Source: a virus
Length of the DNA: 64,000 nucleotides
IMG/VR virus record: IMGVR_UViG_3300033182_000487
Coordinates: 32,001-96,000 of that record
Strand: one strand, 5' to 3'
Shown: positions 9,049 to 19,197 of the stretch, one piece after another
Numbering within the stretch: position 1 is the stretch's first letter
Layout: every line of letters starts with the position of its first letter
Made by a program: the position numbers and the translations under genes
Notes under the pieces: generated by a model
Seen by the model: only the letters and a program-made list of their open reading frames with translations
What the model was told of the DNA's origin: nothing
Database searches by the model: none

Positions 9049-9777
9049 ATGGCCAACGAAGCATACATCTACCGCCTTCGCACCGACCTCGGTTCGGGCG
9101 CGATCCAGATCACCGATCTGCTCCCCAACACCTCCCGCCGAGCCTTCTCGTACCAGTCCTACGGACAGAGCGGTTACCTGCCCGCCACGGCTCCCGGTGT
9201 CAGCGCGACCAACCCCACCGATGATGGTGGTGGTGCTGGTGGCGTGACCACGAACGACAGCACGGGCCTCGCCGCCTACATGCTCGGCAACACCAACGAC
9301 GGCACCAGTGGCCGGCAGATCACTGCTGCACAGGCCATCGCCGCTGAGACCACTCTCCTCGGCGCGTTCGCTTCGGGCACTCAGGTCACTGAGGCCGAGA
9401 TCGAGGCTGCGCTGACAGGTGCTGGCTGCGGTGCGGACACCCTTCCCTTCCCGTCGCAGATCCCCGGCAGCGTGTCTGGAACCGCTTCCTCCGCTGGTGG
9501 TGTGGCTTCCGTGGGAAGCCGGAACGACTTCTACAAGGCGCTTTTCAGTTCCTACACGCTCCCCACGGGCTCCGTCTCGGACGCCACGACTGCGCTGGTT
9601 GCAGCGCAGGGTTCGTTCGACGATGACGACTACCGCCAGTTGTACATGTCTGGCGCGATGGCGATCTCCCTGGGACAGGGCGACCTCGCCACCTACTGCG
9701 ATGCCTCCTTCACCTACGGTGGTGTCGCTGGCGCTGCTGCTGTGGTCTACGGACCCGGCGGACTCGTCGTCTCCTGA
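9049..9777 (+). CDS. Gly/Ala/Thr-rich hypothetical structural protein
   Basis: Late-motif variant upstream, GGAG RBS, composition. Confidence 0.6.
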   Translation: MANEAYIYRLRTDLGSGAIQITDLLPNTSRRAFSYQSYGQSGYLPATAPGVSATNPTDDGGGAGGVTTNDSTGLAAYMLGNTNDGTSGRQITAAQAIAAETTLLGAFASGTQVTEAEIEAALTGAGCGADTLPFPSQIPGSVSGTASSAGGVASVGSRNDFYKALFSSYTLPTGSVSDATTALVAAQGSFDDDDYRQLYMSGAMAISLGQGDLATYCDASFTYGGVAGAAAVVYGPGGLVVS

Positions 9778-9862
9778 TCTTTAGAGGGGGTGGTCCTCAC
9801 CTCTCCTTTCCTGTGTCTGAGGCTCCGGGGGTATCTTGCCCTCGGAGCCTCGCTCGTTTGGG

Positions 9863-10114
9863 ATGGAGATGCCCGCAACCCCCTACCGCACCAAAGACCT
9901 CTACTTCTCCGCGTACCTGCGCGTGGCGGGGGTGCCGTTCCTGGGTGCGGAGCGCCAGGACGACGGCAAGGTGGTCTTCCTGTTTGAGGATCTGGGCCCT
10001 CCGGCCATGCGTGATCTCAAGCGGGGCTATTTCTCGGACCAGGCCAAAGTCCCGGCCATGTCCTTCGTGCAGATGATCCGGTCCATGAAGTCCCTCACCT
10101 ATTCGACCCGGTAA
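9863..10114 (+). CDS. Small conserved phage protein (DUF5659-like)
   Basis: YRTKDLYFSAYLRVAG..VVFLF pattern; start codon uncertain. Confidence 0.55.
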   Translation: MEMPATPYRTKDLYFSAYLRVAGVPFLGAERQDDGKVVFLFEDLGPPAMRDLKRGYFSDQAKVPAMSFVQMIRSMKSLTYSTR

Positions 10115-10115
10115 C

Positions 10116-10144
10116 GGGGGGTGCGCCGTCTCGGGCGATGGGTA
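10116..10144 (+). promoter_or_regulatory. Middle-class promoter GGGGGGT-N17-GGGTA
   Basis: Exact consensus before 10154 and the helicase gene. Confidence 0.75.
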
Positions 10145-10153
10145 TGACGGGGC

Positions 10154-10633
10154 ATGGCACTTCCCCTACAGGTCATCGAAGGCATCTTTTGTGAGCGTGA
10201 CGGCGCTTGCGTGGTGACCCGTCCGGGTGAAGCCGACATCAACGTCAACGACGTCCTGGCCGAGTTCGTCGGGAGGCTCGTGGAGATCAACCTCCACCAC
10301 TTCCCCCTCGACATCAACAAGGCGGCCCCCGGCGGGGGATCATGCCTTTGGCACGGGCACTGTCCCCATGGCCACCAGGAGCGTCCCGGCTGGCTGTTCC
10401 ACCAGAAACTGTCCGGCACTCTGACCCTCACCGACACGCACGAGTGGGACGTCGGGGGGACTCTCCTCGACCTGAGCAAGATGCCGGGACATCAGGGGAG
10501 ACTGGTCCTGCTGGACGAGGACGCCATCAAGCCGCCCGAGCCAGGAGATCAGAGGTCCACCGAAGACCTGCTCCGCGAGGCACAGGCGATGGTGGACCTT
10601 CTCACAGGTTTCCAGAAGGTAGTGAAGCCATGA
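10154..10633 (+). CDS. Hypothetical protein with Cys/His cluster
   Basis: CLWHGHCPHGH; ATGA-coupled to the helicase. Confidence 0.6.
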   Translation: MALPLQVIEGIFCERDGACVVTRPGEADINVNDVLAEFVGRLVEINLHHFPLDINKAAPGGGSCLWHGHCPHGHQERPGWLFHQKLSGTLTLTDTHEWDVGGTLLDLSKMPGHQGRLVLLDEDAIKPPEPGDQRSTEDLLREAQAMVDLLTGFQKVVKP

Positions 10634-12873
10634 GTCAGGTGTACAGCGGTCGGGTGACCTCGGTCATCTACCAGTCCGAGGACTTCCGAATCCTCAAGGC
10701 CCTCATTGACGGAGGGAAACCCCAACCCGTGACCGTGCGAGGTCACTTCCCGGCGCAGAACGTCGTGCTGGGGTCATGGGTGTCCTTTGAGGCGAAGTGG
10801 ATCAAGCACGCGCAGTACGGCAACCAGTTGACCGTGACCCGGAGCCCCGTGTTCGTGAAGTCGTGGTCGGACGACCGGGTGTTGTCTGCGCTGTCGGCCA
10901 ACCAGGTCGGACCTCAGTTGCGGCTCCAGTTGCAGATGTACGCGAAGGGCGCAGGCATGGACCTCGCCGATGCGCTGGACGCTGGCCTTGAGGGCATGGA
11001 CCTGGAGGCATTGACGAAGCAGTACGTCGTGGGGCGCTGGAAGGCCCTCCGCACCCACCTGGACGCGGCTCAGTTCCTCTCGGACGCTGGTGTCCCTCCG
11101 AAGGTCATCGGCAAGGTCTGGTCCGCCCTGGGCGAAGACCTGGAGGAGAAGATCACGGAAGACCCGTGGATCCTCGTCCGCGTCGGCGGCATCTCCTTCA
11201 AGGAGGCCGACGAGGTCGCCATGCGCCTCGGCGTGGACGTCAACAACCAGGGCCGCATGAACGGTGCGGTCCTCACCGCTGTGCAGGACGTCGCCACCGA
11301 GGGCCACGTCTACGCTGGCACAGGGCAGATCGTGAACGCGGTCGGGAAGATGCTGTCCGGCACCCCTGACCCAAAGGCCGTGGCCGCTGCCATCAAAGAC
11401 CTTCACGCCAGCAAGCAGTTGTCGGTGGTGCGGGACTTCGGTGGGGTCGCGGTCTACGAGCCGTGGGTCGAGGAGATGGAGCGGTCCTGTGCCGACATGC
11501 TCCTCCGACGCCACGAGGACGCGGCATCACCGCTGACCAGAGAGCACGTCAACGCCGAGTTGGACAAGTGGGCGCAGGGCCGCAAGGTCACCCTGACCGA
11601 CACCCAGCGGCTCGCGGCGCTCCGTGCCTTGACGGACCCCATCAGTGTGCTCACCGGGCTTCCGGGCACAGGTAAGACGACTACGCTCCACGCCATCGTG
11701 TCCGTGTTGAACGACGCCAGTGTGCCCTTCCTGCTCGTGGCTCCCACGGGCATCGCAGCGAAGCGGCTGGCGACCGTCACCTACTCGGCTGCTTCGACGG
11801 TCCACCGGGCTTTCAGCGCAAAGGGCTGGAGCGACGAGGAGCGGGAGGCCACCTACGTCGGGATCACGGGCGCGGCGGAAGCGAAGCGCGGCACGGACAC
11901 GAAGGGAGAACAGTGGGGCTACGGGCCCGGCAACCCCCACCCCGCACAGGTCGTGATCGTGGACGAGTCCTCGATGCTCGATCTCCACATGCTGTACCGA
12001 CTGCTCCAGGGCACGTCGGACGAGTGCAGGCTGGTGTTCGTGGGCGACCCCTACCAGTTGCCCAGCGTCGGAGCGGGTGACGTGCTCCGTGATCTCAGGG
12101 ACAGTGAGCGTTTTTCGCACACCCACCTCCACGAGATCTTCCGGCAGGACGGCACCTCCAGCATCGTCACCGCCGCACACGCCATCCACGCAGGCAAAGC
12201 CCCGGACATGACGGACCGGGACTTCATGCTGATCACCACGGACGGAGATGACGACGGGCTGGAGGCCCGCATGGTGATCCGCAAGATCGCGACCCGGCTG
12301 TTCGACAAGCGCGAGAACTTCCAGGTGCTCTCACCGCGCCACAAGGGAGAGGCTGGGGTCACGAACCTCAACGAGATCCTGCGGATGTCCATCAACCCGC
12401 CCAGCCCTGGCCGCGCCGAGAGAAATCTGGCCGGGGGCGTCGTCCGGGAAGGCGACAGGATCATGGTCATCAAGAACGACTACGAGCAGGGCGTCTACAA
12501 CGGCGACGTGGGCAAGGTCCACATGATCGACCACCGCAAGAAGCGGCTGTCGATCCGGGTGTTCGGCCCTCCGGGTCAGCCGGAACAGGAGGTCACCTAC
12601 GACCTCACGAAGGGCACACCCCCGATCCGGCTCGCTTATGCACAGACCATCCACAAGAGCCAGGGTCAGGAGTACGACATCATCGTGGTGCCCATGCTCA
12701 AGACCTTCGGCTGGCAGTTGCAGCGCAACCTGCTCTACACCGCCATCACCCGAGCGAAGAAGCGCGTGTTCATCGTCGGCCACGCCGACGCCGTGATGAA
12801 GGCGGTCCGAAACGACCGTGCAGACCAGCGCAACACCCACCTCGCAGCCCGCTTGAAGATCAAGGGGGGTTGA
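10630..12873 (+). CDS. recD: RecD2-like SF1B DNA helicase
   Basis: GLPGTGKTT, APTGIAA, IVDESSM, VGDPYQLPSV, IFRQ, YAQTIHKSQGQE, LLYTAITRAK; N-terminal OB/HhH region. Confidence 0.95.
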   Translation: MSQVYSGRVTSVIYQSEDFRILKALIDGGKPQPVTVRGHFPAQNVVLGSWVSFEAKWIKHAQYGNQLTVTRSPVFVKSWSDDRVLSALSANQVGPQLRLQLQMYAKGAGMDLADALDAGLEGMDLEALTKQYVVGRWKALRTHLDAAQFLSDAGVPPKVIGKVWSALGEDLEEKITEDPWILVRVGGISFKEADEVAMRLGVDVNNQGRMNGAVLTAVQDVATEGHVYAGTGQIVNAVGKMLSGTPDPKAVAAAIKDLHASKQLSVVRDFGGVAVYEPWVEEMERSCADMLLRRHEDAASPLTREHVNAELDKWAQGRKVTLTDTQRLAALRALTDPISVLTGLPGTGKTTTLHAIVSVLNDASVPFLLVAPTGIAAKRLATVTYSAASTVHRAFSAKGWSDEEREATYVGITGAAEAKRGTDTKGEQWGYGPGNPHPAQVVIVDESSMLDLHMLYRLLQGTSDECRLVFVGDPYQLPSVGAGDVLRDLRDSERFSHTHLHEIFRQDGTSSIVTAAHAIHAGKAPDMTDRDFMLITTDGDDDGLEARMVIRKIATRLFDKRENFQVLSPRHKGEAGVTNLNEILRMSINPPSPGRAERNLAGGVVREGDRIMVIKNDYEQGVYNGDVGKVHMIDHRKKRLSIRVFGPPGQPEQEVTYDLTKGTPPIRLAYAQTIHKSQGQEYDIIVVPMLKTFGWQLQRNLLYTAITRAKKRVFIVGHADAVMKAVRNDRADQRNTHLAARLKIKGG

Positions 12874-12892
12874 TCCCTTTCCTGGTTGGGTA
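12864..12892 (+). promoter_or_regulatory. Middle-class promoter GGGGGGT-N17-GGGTA
   Basis: Exact consensus. Confidence 0.75.
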
Positions 12893-12938
12893 AGAGCAGG
12901 AACCGCCTCGCCCGAGGCCGGACAACATGGAGGATCAG

Positions 12939-13376
12939 ATGGCTGATCAAGCACACCTCAAGCACATCAAGGACACCGTGGACCGCGTGAAGGGCAAGAT
13001 GCGGATCACGAAGGTCGTCGCCACCCGTGCCGTGAAGACGAAGCAGGGTGACTTTTTCGCTGGCATGAGCGCCGCATGGGACACCGTGCAGGACGACGCT
13101 GGCGGGATGGGCGCTGACACCGACGTGTCCGTGGACACCGCCGACACCGCGTCCTCTGGCATGACCATGCAGGAAGCGCAGGTCGCCCACATCCTCCTCT
13201 CGATGGAGGCCAGCATCGCCGCGTGGCGCGCTGCCCTCTCGGACGGAGCCATCAGCGAGAACCGCTTCGACGGCAAGGTCCGTGACGTGAAGCGCAACGC
13301 GCTCGCCCACCTCTCCCGCATCCTGCCGAAGCAGGAAGCGAAGGCGATGGTGGATTCCACCTCGCAGGTCGCGTAG
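12939..13376 (+). CDS. Hypothetical protein
   Basis: GGAGG RBS before ATG 12939; typical codon usage. Confidence 0.65.
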   Translation: MADQAHLKHIKDTVDRVKGKMRITKVVATRAVKTKQGDFFAGMSAAWDTVQDDAGGMGADTDVSVDTADTASSGMTMQEAQVAHILLSMEASIAAWRAALSDGAISENRFDGKVRDVKRNALAHLSRILPKQEAKAMVDSTSQVA

Positions 13377-13384
13377 GAGGGACC

Positions 13385-14206
13385 ATGACGGAAGAAGCCC
13401 CCGCTCTCCCCGAGATCAGCGTGAACGTGGTCGAGTCGGTGTTCCGCCGCCTCTCGACCATGGAGGTCGAACTCGACAACGACCCGCTCCAGTACGGACC
13501 CAAGCGGTTGAACGGCAAGGTGGCCGAGGCACGAGGGATGCTCACCGAGTGCGAGGGCGTCTACCTCAAGGTCTCCCTGTGGCTCCAGAAGTACCGGGCC
13601 GCGCACCGCACCCTCGCGATGGAGATGGACCTCGCGAAGAAGCACCTCTACGCCAACGACCCGGAGGTCCGGGCTGGTAGAAATGTGGCCGACCGTGAGG
13701 CCCTCGCGACGATGAAGTTGCGGGATCAGGCTCGCTCGCTGTCCGCCGTGGCTCAGTCTCAGGAAGACCTGGAGGCCATGCTCACCGTCGTGAAGGCGAA
13801 GCGAGCAGACCTCAAGGACGTGCAGGGACGGCTCCGGGATCAGATGAAGTTGTGCCACGAGGAGATCAGCCTCGGCGGACGCTGGGGCAGCAAGCCTGCG
13901 CCCGGCACGAAGGCACCGGATCTCGACGAGGCTCCCAACGTGGACAAGAAGACCCTCCGTGATCTGCATGAGATGTTCACGGGCGACCGCGCTGCGGAGC
14001 CTGACCTCGCTGCTGTGGTCCCTCCCGTGGAGGAGGCCGCACCCGAGGCCCCCGTCGAGGAGCAGGTGCAGGATGATCCCCCCGCACAGGAGACCAACGG
14101 GCTGATCGACGAGGAGGCCGACGAGTTCCTCGCAGCCATCGAAACCCCTGCCACTGGCAAGGATCTCAAGAACCTGGACGACCTTCTGGACGACCTCGAC
14201 CTCTAA
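13385..14206 (+). CDS. Coiled-coil protein with acidic tail, possibly a UvsY-like recombination mediator
   Basis: Long helical region, ends LDDLLDDLDL; lies next to the SSB-like gene and RecA. Confidence 0.5.
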   Translation: MTEEAPALPEISVNVVESVFRRLSTMEVELDNDPLQYGPKRLNGKVAEARGMLTECEGVYLKVSLWLQKYRAAHRTLAMEMDLAKKHLYANDPEVRAGRNVADREALATMKLRDQARSLSAVAQSQEDLEAMLTVVKAKRADLKDVQGRLRDQMKLCHEEISLGGRWGSKPAPGTKAPDLDEAPNVDKKTLRDLHEMFTGDRAAEPDLAAVVPPVEEAAPEAPVEEQVQDDPPAQETNGLIDEEADEFLAAIETPATGKDLKNLDDLLDDLDL

Positions 14207-14216
14207 TCCAGCGGCA

Positions 14217-14245
14217 GGGGGGTTGATCCCTCTGCGCGTTGGGTA
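14217..14245 (+). promoter_or_regulatory. Middle-class promoter GGGGGGT-N17-GGGTA
   Basis: Exact consensus. Confidence 0.75.
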
Positions 14246-14323
14246 CAACCCCTTTGGGCGCACCAAACATCAACGCTTCATCAAGCACATGACCTTTCAC
14301 CCGCGCCCTGGAGACACAACACC

Positions 14324-15052
14324 ATGACTGATGGATTCATCGACTTTTCGTTCGGCTCTGGCGACGACGCTCTCAAGAAGAAGTCCTCGCGCTACAAGCC
14401 CGAGACCGGGGTCACCGACCGCGCCTCGTTCGTGTGGTTCAACGACTACGACGGCGAGGGGATGCCCGCCGAGGGTGCCCAGCCGAAGTTCGCTGGCTGC
14501 GAGCGCACGAAGTACGACAGCCGCGTCGGCGTCGTCCTGCTCACCCCGTCCAACCGGGACGAGATCCTGCGGATCCTCCGCACCGACCCCCAGCACCGCG
14601 TGGCCTCCGTCATCTGCGTCTGGCCGACCGACAAGGACGGCGAGTTGGACGTGGCATCGTTCAAGGCTGGCAAGGGCTGGAAGGTCCAGCCGTGGGTCTT
14701 CGACCCCGGCAAGTACAACCAGATCAAGAACGTGAACAAGCGGTTCCCGCTCACGGCTCACGACCTGTCCATGACCTGCACGGACGGCACCTTCCACAAG
14801 ATGACCTTCACCCCCGAGGGTGAGTCGCTGCTGGACAAGTACCTCAACGCCAAGAGCGAGGACTTGCAGGCCGTCGGTCGCAAGATCATCGCCGAGGCCC
14901 GTCGGGTCGCGGACGACATCTACCGCGACCTCGCCCGGTCCATGACCCCCGACGAGGTCCGCGAGGCCATCGGCGAGGAGGTCGCTTCCTCCGGTGGCTC
15001 CGGTTCCCACACCGCCGCCGACGTGGACAACCTCCTCGACGACGTGCTGTAG
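14324..15052 (+). CDS. Probable single-stranded DNA-binding protein
   Basis: Aromatic beta-rich core, flexible linker and acidic tail DVDNLLDDVL; replication context. Confidence 0.6.
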   Translation: MTDGFIDFSFGSGDDALKKKSSRYKPETGVTDRASFVWFNDYDGEGMPAEGAQPKFAGCERTKYDSRVGVVLLTPSNRDEILRILRTDPQHRVASVICVWPTDKDGELDVASFKAGKGWKVQPWVFDPGKYNQIKNVNKRFPLTAHDLSMTCTDGTFHKMTFTPEGESLLDKYLNAKSEDLQAVGRKIIAEARRVADDIYRDLARSMTPDEVREAIGEEVASSGGSGSHTAADVDNLLDDVL

Positions 15053-15053
15053 G

Positions 15054-15746
15054 GTGAGGGTACTTGGTCTCGACCCGTCATTGACGAACTACGGTTGGGC
15101 CGTACACGAAACAAGCGCCCCCGTCGGCACGCCTGAGCGGCTTGCCGCACGGGGGCGTTTTCGCACCCCGTCGAAGATGGAGTTCATCGAGCGGTACAAG
15201 GCGCAGCGGGAGTCCCTGCGTGCCCTGATCCGCGAGTACCGCCCTGACCGGGTGGGCATCGAGTTCCCCGTCTTCGACAACCTGTGGTCCGAAGGCATGT
15301 ACGGTCTGTTCCTCTACTCCTGTGAAGCCCTCCGCGCCGAGTGTGTGGACGTGGTCTTCTGGAGCCCTCTGCAAGCGAAGGCACACGCCCGCGACACCCT
15401 CGACCGTCCGAAGGGATGGAAGATGGACAAGGCGGATATGTGCGAGGCCGCGAAGCAGGACGTGGGTGGCGGGCGCAACTGGAATCACAACGAGGCGGAC
15501 GCCTACCTGGTCGCGGTCCTGTCGGGTCGCTTCTGGGACTTCTACGACGGAAGGCTGGAGGAAGGGGGGTTGACCCCGACCGAGAACCGGTACTTCACAA
15601 AGGTCCACACCTTCGTCCGAGGGAAGCGGGCTGGCAAGACAATCAAGAAGGGAGTGATCTACCGGGAGTCGGATCGCTTCTTCATGTGGTCCCGACTCCG
15701 GGACGAGGAGAATCCCCATGGCACGAGCAACGAAGAAGAAGGGTGA
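15054..15746 (+). CDS. ruvC: RuvC-like Holliday junction resolvase
   Basis: RVLGLDPSLTNYGWAV, VGIE, DKADM, HNEADA. Confidence 0.85.
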   Translation: MRVLGLDPSLTNYGWAVHETSAPVGTPERLAARGRFRTPSKMEFIERYKAQRESLRALIREYRPDRVGIEFPVFDNLWSEGMYGLFLYSCEALRAECVDVVFWSPLQAKAHARDTLDRPKGWKMDKADMCEAAKQDVGGGRNWNHNEADAYLVAVLSGRFWDFYDGRLEEGGLTPTENRYFTKVHTFVRGKRAGKTIKKGVIYRESDRFFMWSRLRDEENPHGTSNEEEG

Positions 15747-16935
15747 GGGCAGCAACGCCCTCGCAAACGCAGCCAGCCCACTGGCAGCGGTCACCGCATA
15801 CCTGACCGAGAAGAAGGGCAAGGAGTTCACGGGCATCGTCGTCGCGATGGACGACAGCACGGTCCAGGAGTCCCTCCCCCACATCAGCACGGGCAGCATC
15901 GTCATCGACTACCTGATCGGCGGCTCGCAGAACTCGTTCGGGGTCTCCCCCTGTCCGGGGTTCCCTCGTGGCCGGGTCACCCAGATCTGGGGTCACGAGT
16001 CCGCTGGTAAGACGACGCTGTGCTTGGAGGCTGTGGCTCAGTGCTGCGCCGAGGGTGGCACCGCCGTCTACATCGACTGGGAGAACGACATCGTCCCCGA
16101 CTACGCGGCGGCGCTGGGTGTGCCCATCACCGACTCCAACAAGTTCATGCTCCTCCAGCCCGACACGCTGGAAGACGGGATCAAGTACGCGATGGCCTAC
16201 GCCACGGCTGGTGTGGACCTGATCATCTTCGACTCCGTTGGTGCCGCCGTGACCCGACGCATCGCCGAGCGTGATGCCCTCGACGTGGCCGAGCAGTCGA
16301 AGGTCGCAGAACTCCAGTCCGTGTGGTCTCAGGAACTCCCCAACATCAAGGGCACCATCGCTCGCAGCGGCACCGCCGTGGTTGGGATCAGCCAGGTCCG
16401 CGCCAACATGAACACGGGCCCCGGCGCGAAGACGAAGCCGCAGGGCGGCAACGCATGGAAGTTCTACGCTGCCGTGCGTCTGGAGTTGCGCCGTGTCCAG
16501 AACGAGAAGGCCCGCGAGTACAACGACCTGACCCACAAGACCGACGAGCGTGTGGTCGGTGGGATCATCAAGGCCAAGACGGTCAAGTGCAAGGTCTCCA
16601 GTTCGCAGGGCCGCGAGGAGATCTTCTACATCCGCTGGGGCGAGGGCATCGACAACGTGCGGACGGTCATCGAGATCGCGAAGTCCCACGGGATCATCAA
16701 GGGCTCCGGCTGGATGACCTGGGCCGACGCTCCCGGCGGACCGCTCAAGTTGCAGGGCTCCGAGAAGATGCGGAAGCACATGCTCGACAACCCCGACACC
16801 TTTGAGGCGTTGAAGGCGAAGGTCATGCCGTTCCTCGGAGCAGGTGGCGCTGACCAGTACCAGGACGAGGAGATCGGTGATCTCGCCATGTCCGCCCTGG
16901 ACGAGCAGATGGCCGCTGCGGGGATCGATCTGTAG
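15718..16935 (+). CDS. recA: RecA/UvsX recombinase
   Basis: ISTGS, GHESAGKTT, YIDWE, IIFDSVGA, SQVR, GGNAWKFYA. Confidence 0.95.
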   Translation: MARATKKKGEGSNALANAASPLAAVTAYLTEKKGKEFTGIVVAMDDSTVQESLPHISTGSIVIDYLIGGSQNSFGVSPCPGFPRGRVTQIWGHESAGKTTLCLEAVAQCCAEGGTAVYIDWENDIVPDYAAALGVPITDSNKFMLLQPDTLEDGIKYAMAYATAGVDLIIFDSVGAAVTRRIAERDALDVAEQSKVAELQSVWSQELPNIKGTIARSGTAVVGISQVRANMNTGPGAKTKPQGGNAWKFYAAVRLELRRVQNEKAREYNDLTHKTDERVVGGIIKAKTVKCKVSSSQGREEIFYIRWGEGIDNVRTVIEIAKSHGIIKGSGWMTWADAPGGPLKLQGSEKMRKHMLDNPDTFEALKAKVMPFLGAGGADQYQDEEIGDLAMSALDEQMAAAGIDL

Positions 16936-16966
16936 CGGATCGAGTATGACCCCGTAGGAGGCGAAG

Positions 16967-18052
16967 ATGCCCGTTCAAGTACGAGTCAGGGACTTCCAGT
17001 CCATCAAGGACGCGACCGTCACCATCGACGGTCTCACCGTGGTGACTGGAGCCAACAACAGCGGCAAGACCGCGTTCATGCGGGCCATCCGAGGGGTGTT
17101 CACCAACGCCCCTCCCGGCCCTCTCGTGCGCCACGGCTGCGCCCACCTGTCCGTCACCCTCACCTTCGACGACGGGACCACCATCCTGTGGGAGAAGGGG
17201 TGGGAGAAGCCGGGCCGCAAGGGCAAGACAGTCAACCGCTACACCATCAACGGGAAGCAGATCGCCACCGTGGGTCGAGGAGTCCCGCCCGAGGTCGAGG
17301 CGCTGGGGGTCAGGGAGATCCAAGCAGCGTCCGACCGGGTGTGGCCGCAGATTGCCCAGCAGTTCGACGGCACCTTGTTCCTGGTCAACAGGCCGGGGTC
17401 GGCTGTGGCCGAGGCCCTGTCGGACGTGGAGAGGGTCGGTGCGCTCTCCTCGGCGCTGAAAGCCTCCGAGAAGGACCGTCGAGCGGTGAACGCCGAGTTG
17501 AAGGTCCGGCGCAAGGACGTGGAGACGCACAAGGTCGCTGCCGAGAAATACGACGGTCTGGACGTGGTGGGGGATCAGATTCGCCGCCTCTCCGATGACC
17601 TCAAGAGCATCCAGCAGAAGGAGCAGGACATCCAGGACACCACCCGGTGCCGGGATCAGCGGGCTGCGGCAGCACAGGCCGTCAACGACCTGGCGGACTT
17701 CGACGTGGTGATCCCGACCACGAAGGCAACGAAGATCAAGCAGGGCATCGTGAAGGTGCAGGGCTACGCCGACCGCCTCCGCGAGGCACGGGACGAGCAC
17801 CAGATCTGGGGCTCTGTGTCCGTCACCCTCCCGTCCGCCGATGGGGTCAACGCCACCCGTGCGGGGATCGACGTCGTGAACACGCTCTGGGAACGGTTCA
17901 ACGCAGCCCACGATGCAGTCGATGCGGCAGATGCCGACGCCAAGCGTGTGGCAGCGGAACTGGTCGAGGCCGAAGCCGAGGTCCAACGGCTCCTGGGCGA
18001 GCGTGGGGTCTGCCCGACCTGCAACACCATCCATGAAGGAGCACACCCATGA
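16967..18052 (+). CDS. sbcC: SbcC/Rad50 N-terminal half (Walker A, coiled coil, zinc hook)
   Basis: VRDFQS, TGANNSGKT, Q-loop AQQFD, terminal CPTC. Confidence 0.85.
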   Translation: MPVQVRVRDFQSIKDATVTIDGLTVVTGANNSGKTAFMRAIRGVFTNAPPGPLVRHGCAHLSVTLTFDDGTTILWEKGWEKPGRKGKTVNRYTINGKQIATVGRGVPPEVEALGVREIQAASDRVWPQIAQQFDGTLFLVNRPGSAVAEALSDVERVGALSSALKASEKDRRAVNAELKVRRKDVETHKVAAEKYDGLDVVGDQIRRLSDDLKSIQQKEQDIQDTTRCRDQRAAAAQAVNDLADFDVVIPTTKATKIKQGIVKVQGYADRLREARDEHQIWGSVSVTLPSADGVNATRAGIDVVNTLWERFNAAHDAVDAADADAKRVAAELVEAEAEVQRLLGERGVCPTCNTIHEGAHP

Positions 18053-18486
18053 GTCAGAACAGCCTGTTTGCCTACCGTGAGTCCGAGCGGACCACGGGGG
18101 AGAAGCGTCGGATTGCCGTGTACCACTACATGCTCGTCCAAGGAGACGAGGGAGCCACCGACGACGAGATGATCCACACGCTGGGGATCAAGCACGCCAG
18201 CATGGCGGGCACCCGTCTCCAGTTGATGCGTCTGGGCGCGGTGGTCAAGACCACGAAGCGTCGGAAGACGGCAGCGGGCAACCCTGCCGATGTCTACGTC
18301 GCCATCCCCGGCATCAACGTCCGCAAGGCCCCTCCGAAGACCGAGCGGGATCACATGCTCACCGCAGCCCGGAAGAAGATCAAGGAGATGTCCGACGACG
18401 AGTTGCGGGCGTTCCTGGCCGAGGGGTCCGACGAACACGAGGCCCCCGACGACCTGCTCGATTTCTACGCGGAGTTCCGGGATTAG
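18049..18486 (+). CDS. Winged-helix DNA-binding protein (paralogue 1)
   Basis: GATDDEM..LG..S..R..L...G.V....RRKTAAG.A.VY pattern. Confidence 0.7.
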   Translation: MSQNSLFAYRESERTTGEKRRIAVYHYMLVQGDEGATDDEMIHTLGIKHASMAGTRLQLMRLGAVVKTTKRRKTAAGNPADVYVAIPGINVRKAPPKTERDHMLTAARKKIKEMSDDELRAFLAEGSDEHEAPDDLLDFYAEFRD

Positions 18487-18487
18487 A

Positions 18488-18516
18488 GGGGGGTCGAGAT
18501 CTCCTCCGGGTCGGTA
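18488..18516 (+). promoter_or_regulatory. Middle-class promoter variant GGGGGGT-N17-CGGTA
   Basis: One mismatch in the -10 element. Confidence 0.65.
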
Positions 18517-18547
18517 AATACAGAGGCACCTCTCAGCAGGAGACCAG

Positions 18548-18955
18548 ATGCCTTCCAACCGAGTCCGCCTCTACCACTACTTCCTCAAGCGGGGGAAGTC
18601 CGGGTCCACCGACGAGGAGGCTGAGGACGCTCTCGGTCTCCCCCACCAGACGGTGAGTGCTGTGCGCGGGGAACTGGTCAAGGCGGGGGCCGTGGTGGAC
18701 ACGGACCTGTGCCGATGGACCCGCAGCGGGAAGAAGGCGACCGTCCGGGTCGGAGTCCCCGACGTGGACGTGTCCCGCCGACTGCCCACCACCGCAGCCG
18801 AGGAGAAGCAGCGGTGGATCCGTGCCCAGATCCGCAACGTGAACGAGTCTGTCCTGGATGACATCATTCACACGCTCCAGGAAGCCCTGACCCCACCCAA
18901 CCACACCGAGCAGTTGACCATCCTGGACCTGTTCGGAGAGGAGACGTCCCCATGA
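18548..18955 (+). CDS. Winged-helix DNA-binding protein (paralogue 2)
   Basis: GSTDEEAEDALGLPHQTVSAVRGELVKAGAVVDT..RWTRSG. Confidence 0.7.
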   Translation: MPSNRVRLYHYFLKRGKSGSTDEEAEDALGLPHQTVSAVRGELVKAGAVVDTDLCRWTRSGKKATVRVGVPDVDVSRRLPTTAAEEKQRWIRAQIRNVNESVLDDIIHTLQEALTPPNHTEQLTILDLFGEETSP

Positions 18956-19197
18956 ACCAGCCCCTCCGAGTCGTCTGCAACAACCCCAACCTCTCCAGCC
19001 ACGGCCTGTTCGGCACCGTTGTCGGCTCCGAGCGTGGCGAGGACAACCCCGTCCGCCCCGGCGTCCTGTGCGATGTCATCTGGCTCGACTACCCCGACGA
19101 GGGGAGCGACGAGATCGACGGCAGCAACCTCAAGGTGGTCAGCGAGACCGCCTACCAGATCGAGGTCGTGGAACGCCGCCTTGACGGTGACTCGTGA
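18952..19197 (+). CDS. Small hypothetical protein
   Basis: Translationally coupled at both ends. Confidence 0.6.
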   Translation: MNQPLRVVCNNPNLSSHGLFGTVVGSERGEDNPVRPGVLCDVIWLDYPDEGSDEIDGSNLKVVSETAYQIEVVERRLDGDS

